The notes: generated by a model not told the origin, from the sequence alone. A stretch of 64,000 nucleotides of DNA from Candidatus Hydrogenedentota bacterium (GCA_963668025.2 CAXXTH010000017.1:480001-544000); one strand, 5' to 3'; counted from the stretch's first letter, positions 9,506 through 20,251 are shown. Numbers and translations: made by a program.

Positions 9506-9973
9506 GTGGCCATGTATGTTATCGCGGCGGCAGCCCCTTTTATGGGCTTTGTCGTGAGCTGGGGACTCACGATCGGTGTCCTAGTTGCGGGTATTGTGCT
9601 GCTCAGGCGAGTTTTTAATCATAAGCGACTGAAGGTCAAAAAGGGCGCTTCTTGGCATATAGGGTTTTGGTATGTCTTGGCGGCGCTTTTCCCGCCGCTC
9701 TTTGTTGGCCTACTCGTGTATGATTTATCGCGCATCTCTGGGCGCAATTCAAGGTCCGCAGGTTGTGTGGCTGCAGCACTATGTGCAATGGGTGTGTGGT
9801 TCTATATCATGGATTCTCTGGCTTTCCTGAAACTGAAGATGAGACTAGGGGAACCGTGTAATGGATGTGATTACGTTGGATTTGCGATAACCTTACTGGA
9901 GCCGCTTATCGTAGTGAGCGTAGCGCTAATAACCTTGGCAATAGAGAAGCGACAGAGGAAAGATGACGGTTGA
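9506..9973 (+). CDS. Hypothetical membrane protein
   Basis: 155 aa ORF with ~4 hydrophobic segments, GGAGG RBS; no recognisable family. Confidence 0.55.
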   Translation: MAMYVIAAAAPFMGFVVSWGLTIGVLVAGIVLLRRVFNHKRLKVKKGASWHIGFWYVLAALFPPLFVGLLVYDLSRISGRNSRSAGCVAAALCAMGVWFYIMDSLAFLKLKMRLGEPCNGCDYVGFAITLLEPLIVVSVALITLAIEKRQRKDDG

Positions 9974-10208
9974 AGTAGATGCCCCGTGGGCTTGGACCGA
10001 TGCAAGCCCCGGTCCTACACCGTCTGCATCCTATCAAGGGCAGCACCCATTATATATCGCATTGCACCGGCAGTGATACGCTCTATTTCATAACAATCGC
10101 CCTCGCCGGTTATTCATCGCATTGGCCTGGCTATTACGAGTTTATCGGAGCAAGCGCCGCCTAAACCCCATCTTGATGAACCCCTATGCGGTATAATTAC
10201 ACCAGAGC

Positions 10209-10236
10209 TAAAGAATTGCGCCGCTAATGCCGATAT
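10209..10236 (+). promoter_or_regulatory. Sigma-28 (FliA) promoter for fliD-fliS
   Basis: TAAA-N16-GCCGATAT upstream of fliD. Confidence 0.7.
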
Positions 10237-10464
10237 ATCGATTAGCGCGATAGGCTGGGCGGCGGCAAAAAGGCTATATGGCGCACAAAGGCCGCAGGCA
10301 TTATGATAATTTAGAATAGACGCGGCATCTTAGGTGTTTGGCCTATATAGAGTTAGCCAGTCCGCGAATGAAAAATCCCCTATCTGGGGAACGGTTCACG
10401 CAACCACGTGATGGCATAAGTTTGCTGGGCTGATGCTTGGCGCGAAGGCACAGGAGGTTTGGAC

Positions 10465-12210
10465 ATGTCCGGTTCGATTTCGTCAAGCGGCCTTATCAGC
10501 GGTATGGATTGGGAAACATTGATTTCCCAGCTTATGTCCATCGAGCGCCAGCCGGAAACGCGGCTGCAAGCGAAAATCACCGCGCTCGAGACAGAACAAA
10601 CGGCCCTCCAAAGCCTGCGCACTTCTCTCACCAGTTTGCGTGACATCGCCCAAGATTTCCGGCTGACTAGCCAATTCGAAGAATACGCCACGACAACTAG
10701 CGATGAAGATGTGGCTACGGCGGAAGTGACCGGCTCCGCTCCTGCGACGGGTTCCTATTCGATAGAAGTGATTCGTATGGCGACGGCTTCGGTGGCGAAG
10801 AGTAGCAACTCGATCAGTTCCTCGATCAATCTAGATGCAGCGCTCAACAGCAGCGGAAGCATCACTGCCTCCATTTCCGAAGGCGTCTTCACGATTAATG
10901 GCCAGGAATTCACGATTTCCGAAGGCCAAAGCCTAAATGACGTGTTAAGCGCCATTAACTCCAATGCCTCCGTCAATGTGACGGCCACGTATAATGCTGA
11001 TTCGGATAGGATCGTCTTCACGAACCGGACCGCGGGTGACACGAGCGTCGTTGTTTTCGGCGGAGCCGATGACGAAAGCAACTTCTTATCCGCGATAGGC
11101 GTCACTACCGCCACGCAAGGCGATAATAGTGCTGGCACGACGCAGGTGACGGGCACCAAGAACCTTGGAGCGGTGGACACGCTGGATTCGCTGTCTGGGG
11201 TTAACTTCGTTAATGGCGCGGTTACATCGGGCTCATTTTACATAAACGGCGTCGCCATCACCATTGACGCCTCCACGGATAGCATGTCCGACGTGATCCA
11301 GCAGATAAATGAATCCGACGCAGGAGTCACCGCAAGTTACGATTCCTCCACGGATGGCATTCGGGTCGTTTCTGACACGTTGGGAAGCCGTACGGTTAGC
11401 TTTGCCAGCGGCTCGAGCAATTTTCTCGATATCGTAAATCTGGGGGCAATCGGCTCGACCAATGCCGCCACGCAAACCGCTGGACAGGATTCCCAAATTT
11501 CGGTCAACGGCGGCGATACGATCACCAGCAATAGCAATGAAGTGACAGACGCCATTAGCGGTGTGACTGTAGACTTGATCAGCATCGGCACAACCACAGT
11601 GACGATCTCGGCGGACCAAGATGCGATTGTTGAGAATGTGCAAAACTTTATTACGGAAGTCAATACCATTTTCTCCTCGCTTGACGAGCTGACGGGAGAA
11701 GATGGCGACCTGGAAAACGACTCCTCGATCAAAGCCATCAAGAGCCAGCTCCAGTCCATCTTGCTCAGCGCCGTGGGCGGATTATCCGAAAACTACAATA
11801 GCCTCATCAGCATAGGCCTAAGCACCGGCGACTCATTTGACGCCGAATCCACGATTCAATACGAACTCGACACGGACGCCTTTGCGGACGCCCTTAGCGA
11901 GCACGCTTCCACGATTGCATCGCTCTTTTCCAATGATGACGACACGGGCATCGCCAATTTGATCGAAGACTACCTCACCAGCATCGCTGACACCGATGGA
12001 TTTATCTACCAGCGCGCGAAGAGCAACGGAACCATCGATACGCAAATCGAGCGGTATAATGATCAGATTGACGCCATCGAAGAGCGTGTTTCCATGAAAG
12101 AAACACGGCTTCGGACGCAATTCACGAAAATGGAGCAAGTTCTAGCGACCTACCAAACGCAAAGCTCATCGCTTTCGTCCATCAGTTCGTCGCTTTCATC
12201 GTTAATATAA
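10465..12210 (+). CDS. fliD: Flagellar filament cap protein FliD
   Basis: GLISGMDWETLISQLMSIERQP N-terminus, C-terminal LRTQFTKME coiled coil, AGGAGG RBS, followed by fliS. Confidence 0.92.
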   Translation: MSGSISSSGLISGMDWETLISQLMSIERQPETRLQAKITALETEQTALQSLRTSLTSLRDIAQDFRLTSQFEEYATTTSDEDVATAEVTGSAPATGSYSIEVIRMATASVAKSSNSISSSINLDAALNSSGSITASISEGVFTINGQEFTISEGQSLNDVLSAINSNASVNVTATYNADSDRIVFTNRTAGDTSVVVFGGADDESNFLSAIGVTTATQGDNSAGTTQVTGTKNLGAVDTLDSLSGVNFVNGAVTSGSFYINGVAITIDASTDSMSDVIQQINESDAGVTASYDSSTDGIRVVSDTLGSRTVSFASGSSNFLDIVNLGAIGSTNAATQTAGQDSQISVNGGDTITSNSNEVTDAISGVTVDLISIGTTTVTISADQDAIVENVQNFITEVNTIFSSLDELTGEDGDLENDSSIKAIKSQLQSILLSAVGGLSENYNSLISIGLSTGDSFDAESTIQYELDTDAFADALSEHASTIASLFSNDDDTGIANLIEDYLTSIADTDGFIYQRAKSNGTIDTQIERYNDQIDAIEERVSMKETRLRTQFTKMEQVLATYQTQSSSLSSISSSLSSLI

Positions 12211-12243
12211 TGCAGAATTCTCATGCGATAAAGGAGTGCGGCC

Positions 12244-12687
12244 ATGGCGTTCAATAGTTATGGGGCATATAAAAAGGTCAATGTGGAGACCGCTTCGCAG
12301 GGAAAGCTGGTGGTGTTGTTGTTCAACGGCGCCATTCAGCGCGCATCCCAAGCGAAAGCGAAGATCCAATCTGGCCGCCTGCCGGACGCCCACAACGACC
12401 TGATCCGCGCGCAAGATATCATTAATGAACTGCGCAAATCCCTAGATCTGAAAACGGGGCCGCTTGCCTGCCAGATTGACCGCATCTATGAATACTTCCA
12501 TCATTTGCTGGTCCAGGCGAATCTGCATAAAGACACGTCCTATATTGATGAATGCGTCGCGCTCCTCTCGGATATGCGCGATACCTGGCAAGAAGCTTTT
12601 GGCATTTATGAAAGCGAGCAGGCTTCGTTAAGCCCCGCGCCTATCGCTAGTTTCAATGGCTCGATGGCCGTAAATATAAAAGGCTGA
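12244..12687 (+). CDS. fliS: Flagellin export chaperone FliS
   Basis: AYKKVNVETASQGKLVVLLFNGAI, IYEY, MRDTW motifs. Confidence 0.93.
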   Translation: MAFNSYGAYKKVNVETASQGKLVVLLFNGAIQRASQAKAKIQSGRLPDAHNDLIRAQDIINELRKSLDLKTGPLACQIDRIYEYFHHLLVQANLHKDTSYIDECVALLSDMRDTWQEAFGIYESEQASLSPAPIASFNGSMAVNIKG

Positions 12688-12746
12688 CCCGATGCATCGG
12701 CGCGCCCCACAATCATGGCGGATAAGACACAAACCATGGGGCGCAT

Positions 12747-13256
12747 ATGCATACGAATGAAACAATCCCTCCAGCGGCATTCACCATCTGCCTAGCTTGT
12801 TCCCATGGCGGCCATCTCAATGAAATGCTGGCCCTGCGTGAAGCATTCGAAGGGCATGATACCTTTTATTTCTGTTATGACGCCGATACGACGCGCCGGC
12901 TGCCTCGGGCGTATCTCGTGCCGAACATGGCGGCGAATCCCATCGAATTGCTGAAGAATCTGGTGCGGGTGTTTCGCATATTCCGCCGGGAACGGCCTGG
13001 ATTGGCCATATCCACAGGTGCGGAGATCGCCCTTCCCGTCTTGGCAATCAGCAAGGCGTATCGCATCCCTTTCTTTTATATCGAATGCGGCGCTCAGGCG
13101 CTTCACCCTTCGTTCACGGGACGGATCATGTATTGGCTTGCAGACCGGTTCTATGTCCAATGGCCGGAGCTGCAAGCCGTTTACGGTTCCCGGGCGTTAT
13201 ACCGGGGTAGTTTGATTGATGAAGCGCCGCAACCGTCTTTTCCTGTTTCGGGATAA
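12747..13256 (+). CDS. Alg14/PssD-like glycosyltransferase subunit
   Basis: LACSHGGHLNEM, ISTGAEIA, YIE, PSFTGR, FYVQWPEL motifs. Confidence 0.85.
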   Translation: MHTNETIPPAAFTICLACSHGGHLNEMLALREAFEGHDTFYFCYDADTTRRLPRAYLVPNMAANPIELLKNLVRVFRIFRRERPGLAISTGAEIALPVLAISKAYRIPFFYIECGAQALHPSFTGRIMYWLADRFYVQWPELQAVYGSRALYRGSLIDEAPQPSFPVSG

Positions 13257-13274
13257 CACCGCCCCCTGGGCAGG

Positions 13275-13877
13275 TCAGAAGGCGTTCGTTATCACCACTT
13301 CATCCAAAGGAAGCTGTCCCGGGCGGGGCCAGGCCTCTTTGACGCCTTTTCCGATGGCCACGAACATGGCGATTACATGGTCGTGAGGCAGGTTAATGAG
13401 CTTGCCCACGGCATCGAAATCGAATCCGTCCATGGGGCAGGAATCATAACCCATGTCTTTGGCGGCGAGCATAAGGGTCTGGGCGGCGATGCCGCACGAA
13501 CGCATGGCTTCGTCATGCTGCACTTGCTCGCGCCCGTTATAATAATTGTGTATCGCGGGCAAGAGATATTCCTTGACGGGCTGGGGCGCATTTTGCCAAT
13601 ACCGCTGAGGTTCTTTTTCCCAAGATTTCGTGTCCGCGCACAGAATAATCAGAAGCGAGGCCTCGGTTACTTGCGCTTGATCCCACGCGGCTACACGGAC
13701 GCGCTTGCGCAACTCCGGATCTCGAACCAGCACAAAACGCCAATTCTGGATGTTGTACGCCGTCGGCGCGAGAAGCGCCAGCGACATGAGTTGCTTAATT
13801 TCGTCCTCGGTCATTTGATGATTCGGGTCAAAGTGCTTGATGGCGCGCCGCGATTCAATGGCCTGTCTCGTTTCCAT
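13275..13877 (-). CDS. Nitroreductase family protein
   Basis: RRAIKHF, APTAYNIQNWRF, LAAKDMGYDSCPMDGFD. Confidence 0.92.
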   Translation of the reverse strand: METRQAIESRRAIKHFDPNHQMTEDEIKQLMSLALLAPTAYNIQNWRFVLVRDPELRKRVRVAAWDQAQVTEASLLIILCADTKSWEKEPQRYWQNAPQPVKEYLLPAIHNYYNGREQVQHDEAMRSCGIAAQTLMLAAKDMGYDSCPMDGFDFDAVGKLINLPHDHVIAMFVAIGKGVKEAWPRPGQLPLDEVVITNAF

Positions 13878-13973
13878 GTGTATGAACTCCTCCTATGGTT
13901 TCCCTTACTGCTCCCCTAAAAACCGGTTTTACAACCTGCCTGTTTAAGGGTACATACCAGTGAGTGAACACAT

Positions 13974-15890
13974 TTAACTGCCAGAATCTTTCACCCGAAA
14001 TAAAATGGCTTTGCCCTCCTGGGCTATTATTTCGAGTTCCGGCATGCCACGCAAGGCCTCTACCGTTGCAGAATCCAAGGCGGGAAAATGCGGGCAATAG
14101 ACATACTGGACGCCCCAGCGGCGCAATAAGGCGGAACGCTGGGCGGTATCGGTATTGGGAGCATAAAAGGTATTGACTTCCTCCCGCCGCTCGGCATACC
14201 GGGCGTAGGAGATCACCGTGGTTCCGACGCCATACACCGCGCGGACGCCTGGCCGGAGTGCGGCGAAATCCGCGAACGTGGGGAGCGAAGCGGGGGCAAG
14301 AAAAACGCCCGGCTCCACCAGGGCCAGGCAATGGGCGTCCTCGATGCTGATCACGGAATAATGGGTGTGGGCGGTTTTGCCGGGGCCAATCCCGAGCGGG
14401 CCTTGATAAAACAACGCCCCTGCCGCTATCGAGCAGAGCCCACAAGCGATCATGGCGGTTTGCAGGCCGGTGGAAATCCGAGGCATGTGCGGGCCGATGG
14501 TTTCGAGGGCGCGGGCGGATAAGATGGAAAGGGGCAGCCCGAGTAGGAGCATGGTGCGCTGGGGGGCTTGATGGGCGAATACGCCACCCCCCCATGCGGA
14601 CAGGCCCACGGCCAGGAAACACAGCACCCATAACACGACCCACGCCTCCGGAGCAGGCTGCGCCTGTTTGCGCTTGCGCAGGCTAAGCCCGCCAACAAGA
14701 AGCCCCGCGAACCCGCCCGCTAAAGCATAGTCCGAAATATGCACCGCAACGAATTGATCGCGAAACGCGAATATCGAACCATAATAGAGCCGATGCCCCA
14801 CAAAGAGCAGCACATAGGCCATGAGATATCCAATGCCCGCCCAGGCCAATAGCCAAGCCGCACCGGGCATGCCGCGCATATTGCGGCCGATGGCGATAGG
14901 CGCAAGCATACAATGAAAAAAAGCGGCGCTGATAAAGGCGGTCAGCCATATTACGGAGTACATGACGGGATTGGCGTTGATTGGCATGTAGTTCGGCTGC
15001 AACTGCATGAGCCAATAGCCCGCCAGCGCCGCAATCACCATGGGCGCGCCAAACGCCATGCCCGCCCCTATCCGGAAACGCAAAGGCAGGTTTGTTTTAC
15101 ATAGCAGGAATGCGCCCATGATGGCCATCATGAGCGGCCCGAGCCGCATATTGAGCAGCACGCCCAAAAACGCCAATAGGGACGCCCCCAGCCAGGCGCG
15201 GGTTCTCGAGGCCCGCAGGCCCCAAGCCCACCACGTGAATGCGCCCAGGCAAAACGCCAGAGGCACTGTATAGTACAAGCGCAAGGCGTGGCGGACGGGC
15301 ATGAGCTGTGCCCCTTCATATAATTCGTGCAACGAGAAACGCAGCAAGGCGTCGCCATACGCGGGCTCGGCATCCCAGCCGCCCGCCCGCAACACAAAAT
15401 AGCCTGCGCCGCCTAATCCTCCTGCAAGGCAGAAGAGGATAAATGCGCGCGGTGCAAGCCGGGGTGATACTTCGCGCAAAAACAGCCATGCCGCCAGTAA
15501 ATAAGCGGCCATGGCCGCGCCGTTGGCGCAATCGAGCCATGCGAGCGGGCTGATGGGAAACAGCCGGCCCAATTCCCCCACCACGCCATACAGCCAATAA
15601 AACGGGGTGCTGAACCAGCGGATATCGCAAGCAGGCTCCCCATCGGAAGGCAGCACGTACGGGATATAGAAACCGGTTTCGAACATGCGCATGTAATGAT
15701 AAAAGACGATATCATCGCAGGTGCGCACACCCGTGGCCGCCATGCCGGACGGCGGGAAACAACTGATCCAGGCATGCGATATGGGTTCGATGCTGGCCAG
15801 AACGAACACCAAGGCCAGCACCCATTTGGGGAAACGGGGGCGTTTCGCGCGCGGCGGAGATTCTTCGATAACAAGCTCCACGGAATTCAT
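13974..15890 (-). CDS. Polytopic membrane protein, possibly GT-C glycosyltransferase-like
   Basis: 638 aa, >10 hydrophobic segments, DD after first TM, C-terminal LLRRWGVQYVY motif. Confidence 0.6.
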   Translation of the reverse strand: MNSVELVIEESPPRAKRPRFPKWVLALVFVLASIEPISHAWISCFPPSGMAATGVRTCDDIVFYHYMRMFETGFYIPYVLPSDGEPACDIRWFSTPFYWLYGVVGELGRLFPISPLAWLDCANGAAMAAYLLAAWLFLREVSPRLAPRAFILFCLAGGLGGAGYFVLRAGGWDAEPAYGDALLRFSLHELYEGAQLMPVRHALRLYYTVPLAFCLGAFTWWAWGLRASRTRAWLGASLLAFLGVLLNMRLGPLMMAIMGAFLLCKTNLPLRFRIGAGMAFGAPMVIAALAGYWLMQLQPNYMPINANPVMYSVIWLTAFISAAFFHCMLAPIAIGRNMRGMPGAAWLLAWAGIGYLMAYVLLFVGHRLYYGSIFAFRDQFVAVHISDYALAGGFAGLLVGGLSLRKRKQAQPAPEAWVVLWVLCFLAVGLSAWGGGVFAHQAPQRTMLLLGLPLSILSARALETIGPHMPRISTGLQTAMIACGLCSIAAGALFYQGPLGIGPGKTAHTHYSVISIEDAHCLALVEPGVFLAPASLPTFADFAALRPGVRAVYGVGTTVISYARYAERREEVNTFYAPNTDTAQRSALLRRWGVQYVYCPHFPALDSATVEALRGMPELEIIAQEGKAILFRVKDSGS

Positions 15891-15942
15891 GCGGCTGCTT
15901 CCGCCATAATTAAGCTAGGTTATTCGCATCAGTAAGAGAAAC

Positions 15943-16298
15943 GGCCTCAAAAGGCGCACGAGGCACAAAATGAGTAACACTTTAGCGGACTGAAGCAAGA
16001 TCTGCTTTTTTTAGACATGATTAACAAGATTAACAAGATTGGACAAGATCACCAGGATTATTTACAGATTTGAAAATTAATCTATGAAGCGTCCGGGCGC
16101 GTTCTTTTATGTAGTAAATTGCCATTAAAAAAATCTTGTCTCATCATGTAAATCATGTCTAAAAATAAACGCCTCCATCATAGGCGGTTTATTATGTATT
16201 CTCAGTTCAAAAACCGTCCCGATGCTTTTACTTCTGTCTGCTAAAGTGTTACCAAAATGAATATCATTTCATTGCGCGTTCTTGCGCCTTCTGGGGCC
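15943..16298. repeat. GCACAAAA-type periodic-arm hairpin interrupted by a MITE
   Basis: Left arm ggcctcaaaaggcgcacgaggcacaaaa is inverted to right arm ttgcgcgttcttgcgccttctggggcc. Confidence 0.65.
15974..16252. mobile_element. GTAACACTTTAG MITE (IS66-like ends) carrying a GACATGATT hairpin
   Basis: TIR gtaacactttagc / gctaaagtgttac; perfect 8-bp TSD caaaatga (15966-15973, 16253-16260). Confidence 0.88.
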
Positions 16299-16326
16299 AA
16301 TCACCATTCTATTCAAACGGGAAGTA

Positions 16327-17499
16327 TTACTTTGCTAAAGGCAATTGTTCCATTTGCTGGATAATCAGTTGGGCGAGCGGCGAATCAGGCTCGATATGGC
16401 AAATCTCCCGGAACACGCCTTCCACACCTTTTTCCTTGATCAACGCCTGCACGCGTTGCGCCGCTGGATCATCCGGATAATCAAAGCGGAGGGCCGCCGC
16501 CGCGCCCATCGCCACATGGACGGGCTGAATGCCTTGTTCGAGGCACATCAGGGCGGAACCAATAAGCCGGTCCTTCGGTCCTAATTTACGTATGGGGTCT
16601 TTCGAGATCCGCGCCACTTGGTCGCCCAACGCCTTATTTTGATACCGATGGATCAAGTCCCTGGCATGTTCTTGCAGCGCCGCGAGGTCCAGCCCATGCT
16701 TTGCGCTCATGCCGGCGCAAGTTTCTTCGAGCGCCGCCTCGGCGATGCCGCGCACCACGGGGTCTTGAATGGCTTGCCAGATGTACTCATGCCCGCGCAG
16801 GTAGCCTATATAAGACGCGACGGCGTGGCTCATATTATGTACAAAGAGCTTGCGCTCGACATACGCCCCGAACTTGTCCATGGGCTTCATGTTTTTAAGC
16901 TCGGGAATAGGCCCCTTGAAGCCATGCGCATCCACCGGAAGCTGGCAATACGGCTCCACGCAAACGAGGAGGATATCTTCGTTCTTTTCTTTTTCGGTCA
17001 TGATGGGCACCATGCGCCCGATGCTCGCTTCGACAAAGCCCACTTTCTCGTCCAATGCGGCATGAAATTTGGGGTCCAAATGCTTGCGCACTTCTTCCCG
17101 CAGATAGGGGCCCGCATCGATCATGTTCTCACACACGATGAAATTCAGCGGAGCCGCATCGGGATTTTCAAAACGCTTCGCTATGCCTGCGGCGAGCGTG
17201 GGGGCGATTCTCGGCAATATGGGCACGCCAACCGCCGTAGCGGCGAAATCGGCCTCGGCGATGGCTTGGGCCACAGCCGGAACGTTCATCGAGTTCAGCG
17301 CGGAAGCGTTGCCGATGGTGAGGGTATAGGCCTCCTCGCCCACGATGCGCAAGGGATACTCATGGCGCTCGTTGAGCGCCTTTATCGTTTCTTCCACGAC
17401 ATCGACAAAGGTGGTTTCATAGCCTGTCTCGAAGAAAAGCTGCCCTAGAAATCCGCGGCCGATATTGCCCGCACCGAATTGCACTGCCTTTTTACTCAC
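16327..17499 (-). CDS. mtlD: Mannitol-1-phosphate 5-dehydrogenase family protein
   Basis: AVQFGAGNIGRGF, TAVG, VCEN, RMVP, YVERKLFVHN, DPIRKLG; GTG start with AAGGAG RBS. Confidence 0.85.
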   Translation of the reverse strand: MSKKAVQFGAGNIGRGFLGQLFFETGYETTFVDVVEETIKALNERHEYPLRIVGEEAYTLTIGNASALNSMNVPAVAQAIAEADFAATAVGVPILPRIAPTLAAGIAKRFENPDAAPLNFIVCENMIDAGPYLREEVRKHLDPKFHAALDEKVGFVEASIGRMVPIMTEKEKNEDILLVCVEPYCQLPVDAHGFKGPIPELKNMKPMDKFGAYVERKLFVHNMSHAVASYIGYLRGHEYIWQAIQDPVVRGIAEAALEETCAGMSAKHGLDLAALQEHARDLIHRYQNKALGDQVARISKDPIRKLGPKDRLIGSALMCLEQGIQPVHVAMGAAAALRFDYPDDPAAQRVQALIKEKGVEGVFREICHIEPDSPLAQLIIQQMEQLPLAK

Positions 17500-17708
17500 C
17501 GTACCGTTTCTCCTTCTTCGCATAAACGAACCGTGCCGTACAGGCCGGTTTCAACAAAAGGCCCTGGCGATGTGCTGGGCGCTCCAAAACATTTTTCTCC
17601 CTTGGACAGGTTTTATGAAAGCATAAGAATACCATGCTGATTGCCGGAATGAAATGATCGCGGCTTACATCCAGAATTACCGGGTAAGAAGAAAGAGATA
17701 TGCATTCG

Positions 17709-17823
17709 CGTGGCATGGCCGTCCCGGCCATGCACATGGGCGGGACGCCCATGCCACGGGATCTCACCAAACATGAATAGATGGGGTGTTTGTATGCACA
17801 CGTTGTAAACATCCCATTTATTC
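17709..17823. repeat. GTGGCATGG-type REP doublet plus adjacent hairpin
   Basis: cgtggcatggccgtcccggccatg-ca-catgggcgggacgcccatgccacg (17709-17758); second stem gaatagatggggtgttt...aaacatcccatttattc. Confidence 0.75.
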
Positions 17824-17841
17824 GGTGTTCAGGGGCTTACA

Positions 17842-19270
17842 TCATTCCAGCGCGTCGCGCAAGGAATCATCACGCCGGGAGAGGAATTCATCAAGCATCG
17901 CCTCTGCGATTTCTGGGTCGATTTTGAGCATCGCGAGGCTGTCTTCGAGGCCAGCGAATGTATTCCGGTTCTCTTCCAGGTTCGCGCCCATGGCGTGCGC
18001 CATGGCGTCGGCTAATGCGATGACGGCGACGGTCTCGCGCGCGTGCGTGGCATCTGCGGGCCGGTGATGGAAACGGATGGATTCCGCGATTTCTGGCGGC
18101 AGGCTCCAATGCAGTGCAAGCTCATAACCGGCTTCCGCGTGTGAAATGCCGATGATGCTCTCTTCCAGTGCGGCGAGTTCGTTTGTCTTGTATGTGGTTG
18201 GAATTTTCCGGCATAACCCTGGCGCTACTTCCGCCAAAACCAGACGTCCGATATCATGCAGCAAACCCGCCGCGAAAACACCCGTCAAACTGCGCCGCCC
18301 GCTGGCTTTGAGCACAAAACGGGTTGCCGCGGCGCAGCACATGGATTCGACCCAAAAGCGTTTGTAATCAAAGTGCTTCGTCTTTTCGAATACATTGAGC
18401 ACGGCGGCGGATAATATGATCGAATAGGTCTCACGCAAACCCAGCAAGGTCATGGCGAGGGTCAGATCTTCGATCTGGCGCGGAAACCCATAGGCGGCAG
18501 AATTGGCCACGCTAAGCACTTTTCCGGCAATGGGCGGGTCCATCACGACAATCTTGCTCACATCGGAAATCGAGCTGAGTGGATTGGTCATGGCTTCCCG
18601 GGCCCGGTGGACCGTCTCGGGCAAGGCAGGGAAGGTATCGATTTCGCCCACTAACCGGGCTACCAGTTTGAGCCGGATAGGTATTTCAAGGCCCCGCAAC
18701 CGGATTTCATCGCATGTGGGCGGCCCTGCGGTTTCCGCCTGAATATAATACCGATCAATCGCCGCGCGGACATCATCCGCATTGCATAGCACTGCCCGGA
18801 CAGGCAGGCCAATACGCGCTTCAATCTCATGAACCGAATCCGGGCTTAATGGATGGGCGGCGCCGATGCGCAAAAGGCCATTGGCCCGGTCAATGGGAAA
18901 CAACTGGTGCCGTTCCGCCAATGCGCGCGGCACAAGTTGGACAATTTCCGGTTCGATCTCGAATTGGGGAAAGGGCGGCGGTGTGGACGCCGGGCAGGCG
19001 GGCAAGAAAGGAAATAAAATCCTCCACATCAACATAGCCCAGCGCGATGAGTGCGCGAACGGCGTCGCCCCCATATTGGTCTTGGATTTTGACGGCATGC
19101 TCAAGCTGGGCGAAGGTGATCATGCCTTCACCACACAAAAGCTCGCCAAAACGCCCGTTGGCTAATTGCTCCATGCGGTCTAAATGCTGTTTCCCGGCGT
19201 CCGCCGGAGCATCTCGCCCCTCATATCGGCCACGAAGACGCCCATCTGTACAATTGTCTTCGGGGGACAT
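17842..19270 (-). pseudogene. MshEN/T2SSE_N + HDOD signalling protein split by a single-base frameshift near 18966-18969
   Basis: Frame 1 gives RFGELLCGEGMITFAQLEHAVKIQ (MshEN); frame 2 continues QFEIEPEIVQLVPRALAERHQLFP and HDOD (ANSAAYG, GLLHDIG, HAEAG...WSLP); removing one C from CTTTCCCCAA fuses them. Confidence 0.75.
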
Positions 19271-19366
19271 GAAACTACCCCTTTCATTGTTCCGGCGGCT
19301 CCATTTGTATACCGGAATCCCAAACCATTCCCCATTCGCCCAGTGTAGGCATGCACGCTGAGATAG

Positions 19367-20251
19367 TCAAGCCTTATCCCTGTTGGCGCAAACTACGCCG
19401 TGTTCTTTCGAACGGGCCAGCGTTACATCGTATTCATCGAACGCGGATGCCGCAAGCTGGGCCTGCGCTTCCGAATGGCATACGCCGAACATGGTAGGCC
19501 CGCTTCCGCTCATGGCCGCGGCGCTGCATCCGGCTTCCAGCAGGCGCTCTTTAATGGCTTGTAAAGGCGGATAGTGGCGGAATGCCGCTGTTTCCATCCG
19601 ATTGAATACGGCGCCCGCTATGTCGCCCGCCTCGAGGCGTTCGAGCGCCCGCCGGAACGAAGGCGTCCGCCCATCGAGCGCGGGCTCCAGGTTTCGAACC
19701 AAATAGGGGCTTGTGTAGATGCTGCGGGTGCTCACGGCAATTGGCGGATGCACCAGCACAAACCACATCGGCGGCGGAAGGGGCAAGGCTTCGAGGCATT
19801 CGCCCCGCCCTGTGGCGGCTTTGGCTCCGCCTTGCAGGCAATAGGGAACGTCTGAACCCAATTCGAGAGCCAGCTCCGCCAGCTTGGCCTCGGGCAAATC
19901 CATGCGCCACAGCGCATTTAGTGCGATAAGCGCCGCAGCGGCATTTCCCGAACCGCCCGCCAGCCCCGCCGCTACGGGGATATGCTTTTCCAGCCGCATG
20001 CGGACGCCTTGCCGCACGCCTGCATGGTTACGCAGCAGCAACGCGGCGCGATACACGAGATTCGTAGAATCACAAGGCAGCTCCGCGCCAACGCATTCCA
20101 GTGATATCTCGCAGGGAGCTTCTTCGAAGGACAGTGCATCCCATAGATCCACGGTTTGGAAGACGGTCTCGATATTGTGATATCCATCGGGCCGTTTATC
20201 GAGCACATCCAAATAGAGGTTAATTTTCGCATACGAGCGATACTGCAGCAT
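19367..20251 (-). CDS. ispE: 4-diphosphocytidyl-2-C-methyl-D-erythritol kinase
   Basis: AKINLYLDV, RPDGYH, IPVAAGLAGGSGNAA, GSDVP, MSGSGPT. Confidence 0.95.
   Translation of the reverse strand: MLQYRSYAKINLYLDVLDKRPDGYHNIETVFQTVDLWDALSFEEAPCEISLECVGAELPCDSTNLVYRAALLLRNHAGVRQGVRMRLEKHIPVAAGLAGGSGNAAAALIALNALWRMDLPEAKLAELALELGSDVPYCLQGGAKAATGRGECLEALPLPPPMWFVLVHPPIAVSTRSIYTSPYLVRNLEPALDGRTPSFRRALERLEAGDIAGAVFNRMETAAFRHYPPLQAIKERLLEAGCSAAAMSGSGPTMFGVCHSEAQAQLAASAFDEYDVTLARSKEHGVVCANRDKA

Noticed and set aside
10240-10460. Possible c-di-GMP riboswitch in the long fliD leader
   Set aside because: GGCAAA-like words are present but I could not find the GAAA tetraloop/receptor stems; would need an Rfam cmscan
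16327-17499. mtlD without PTS genes as a novelty
   Set aside because: Stand-alone mannitol dehydrogenase family genes are common and partners may lie elsewhere
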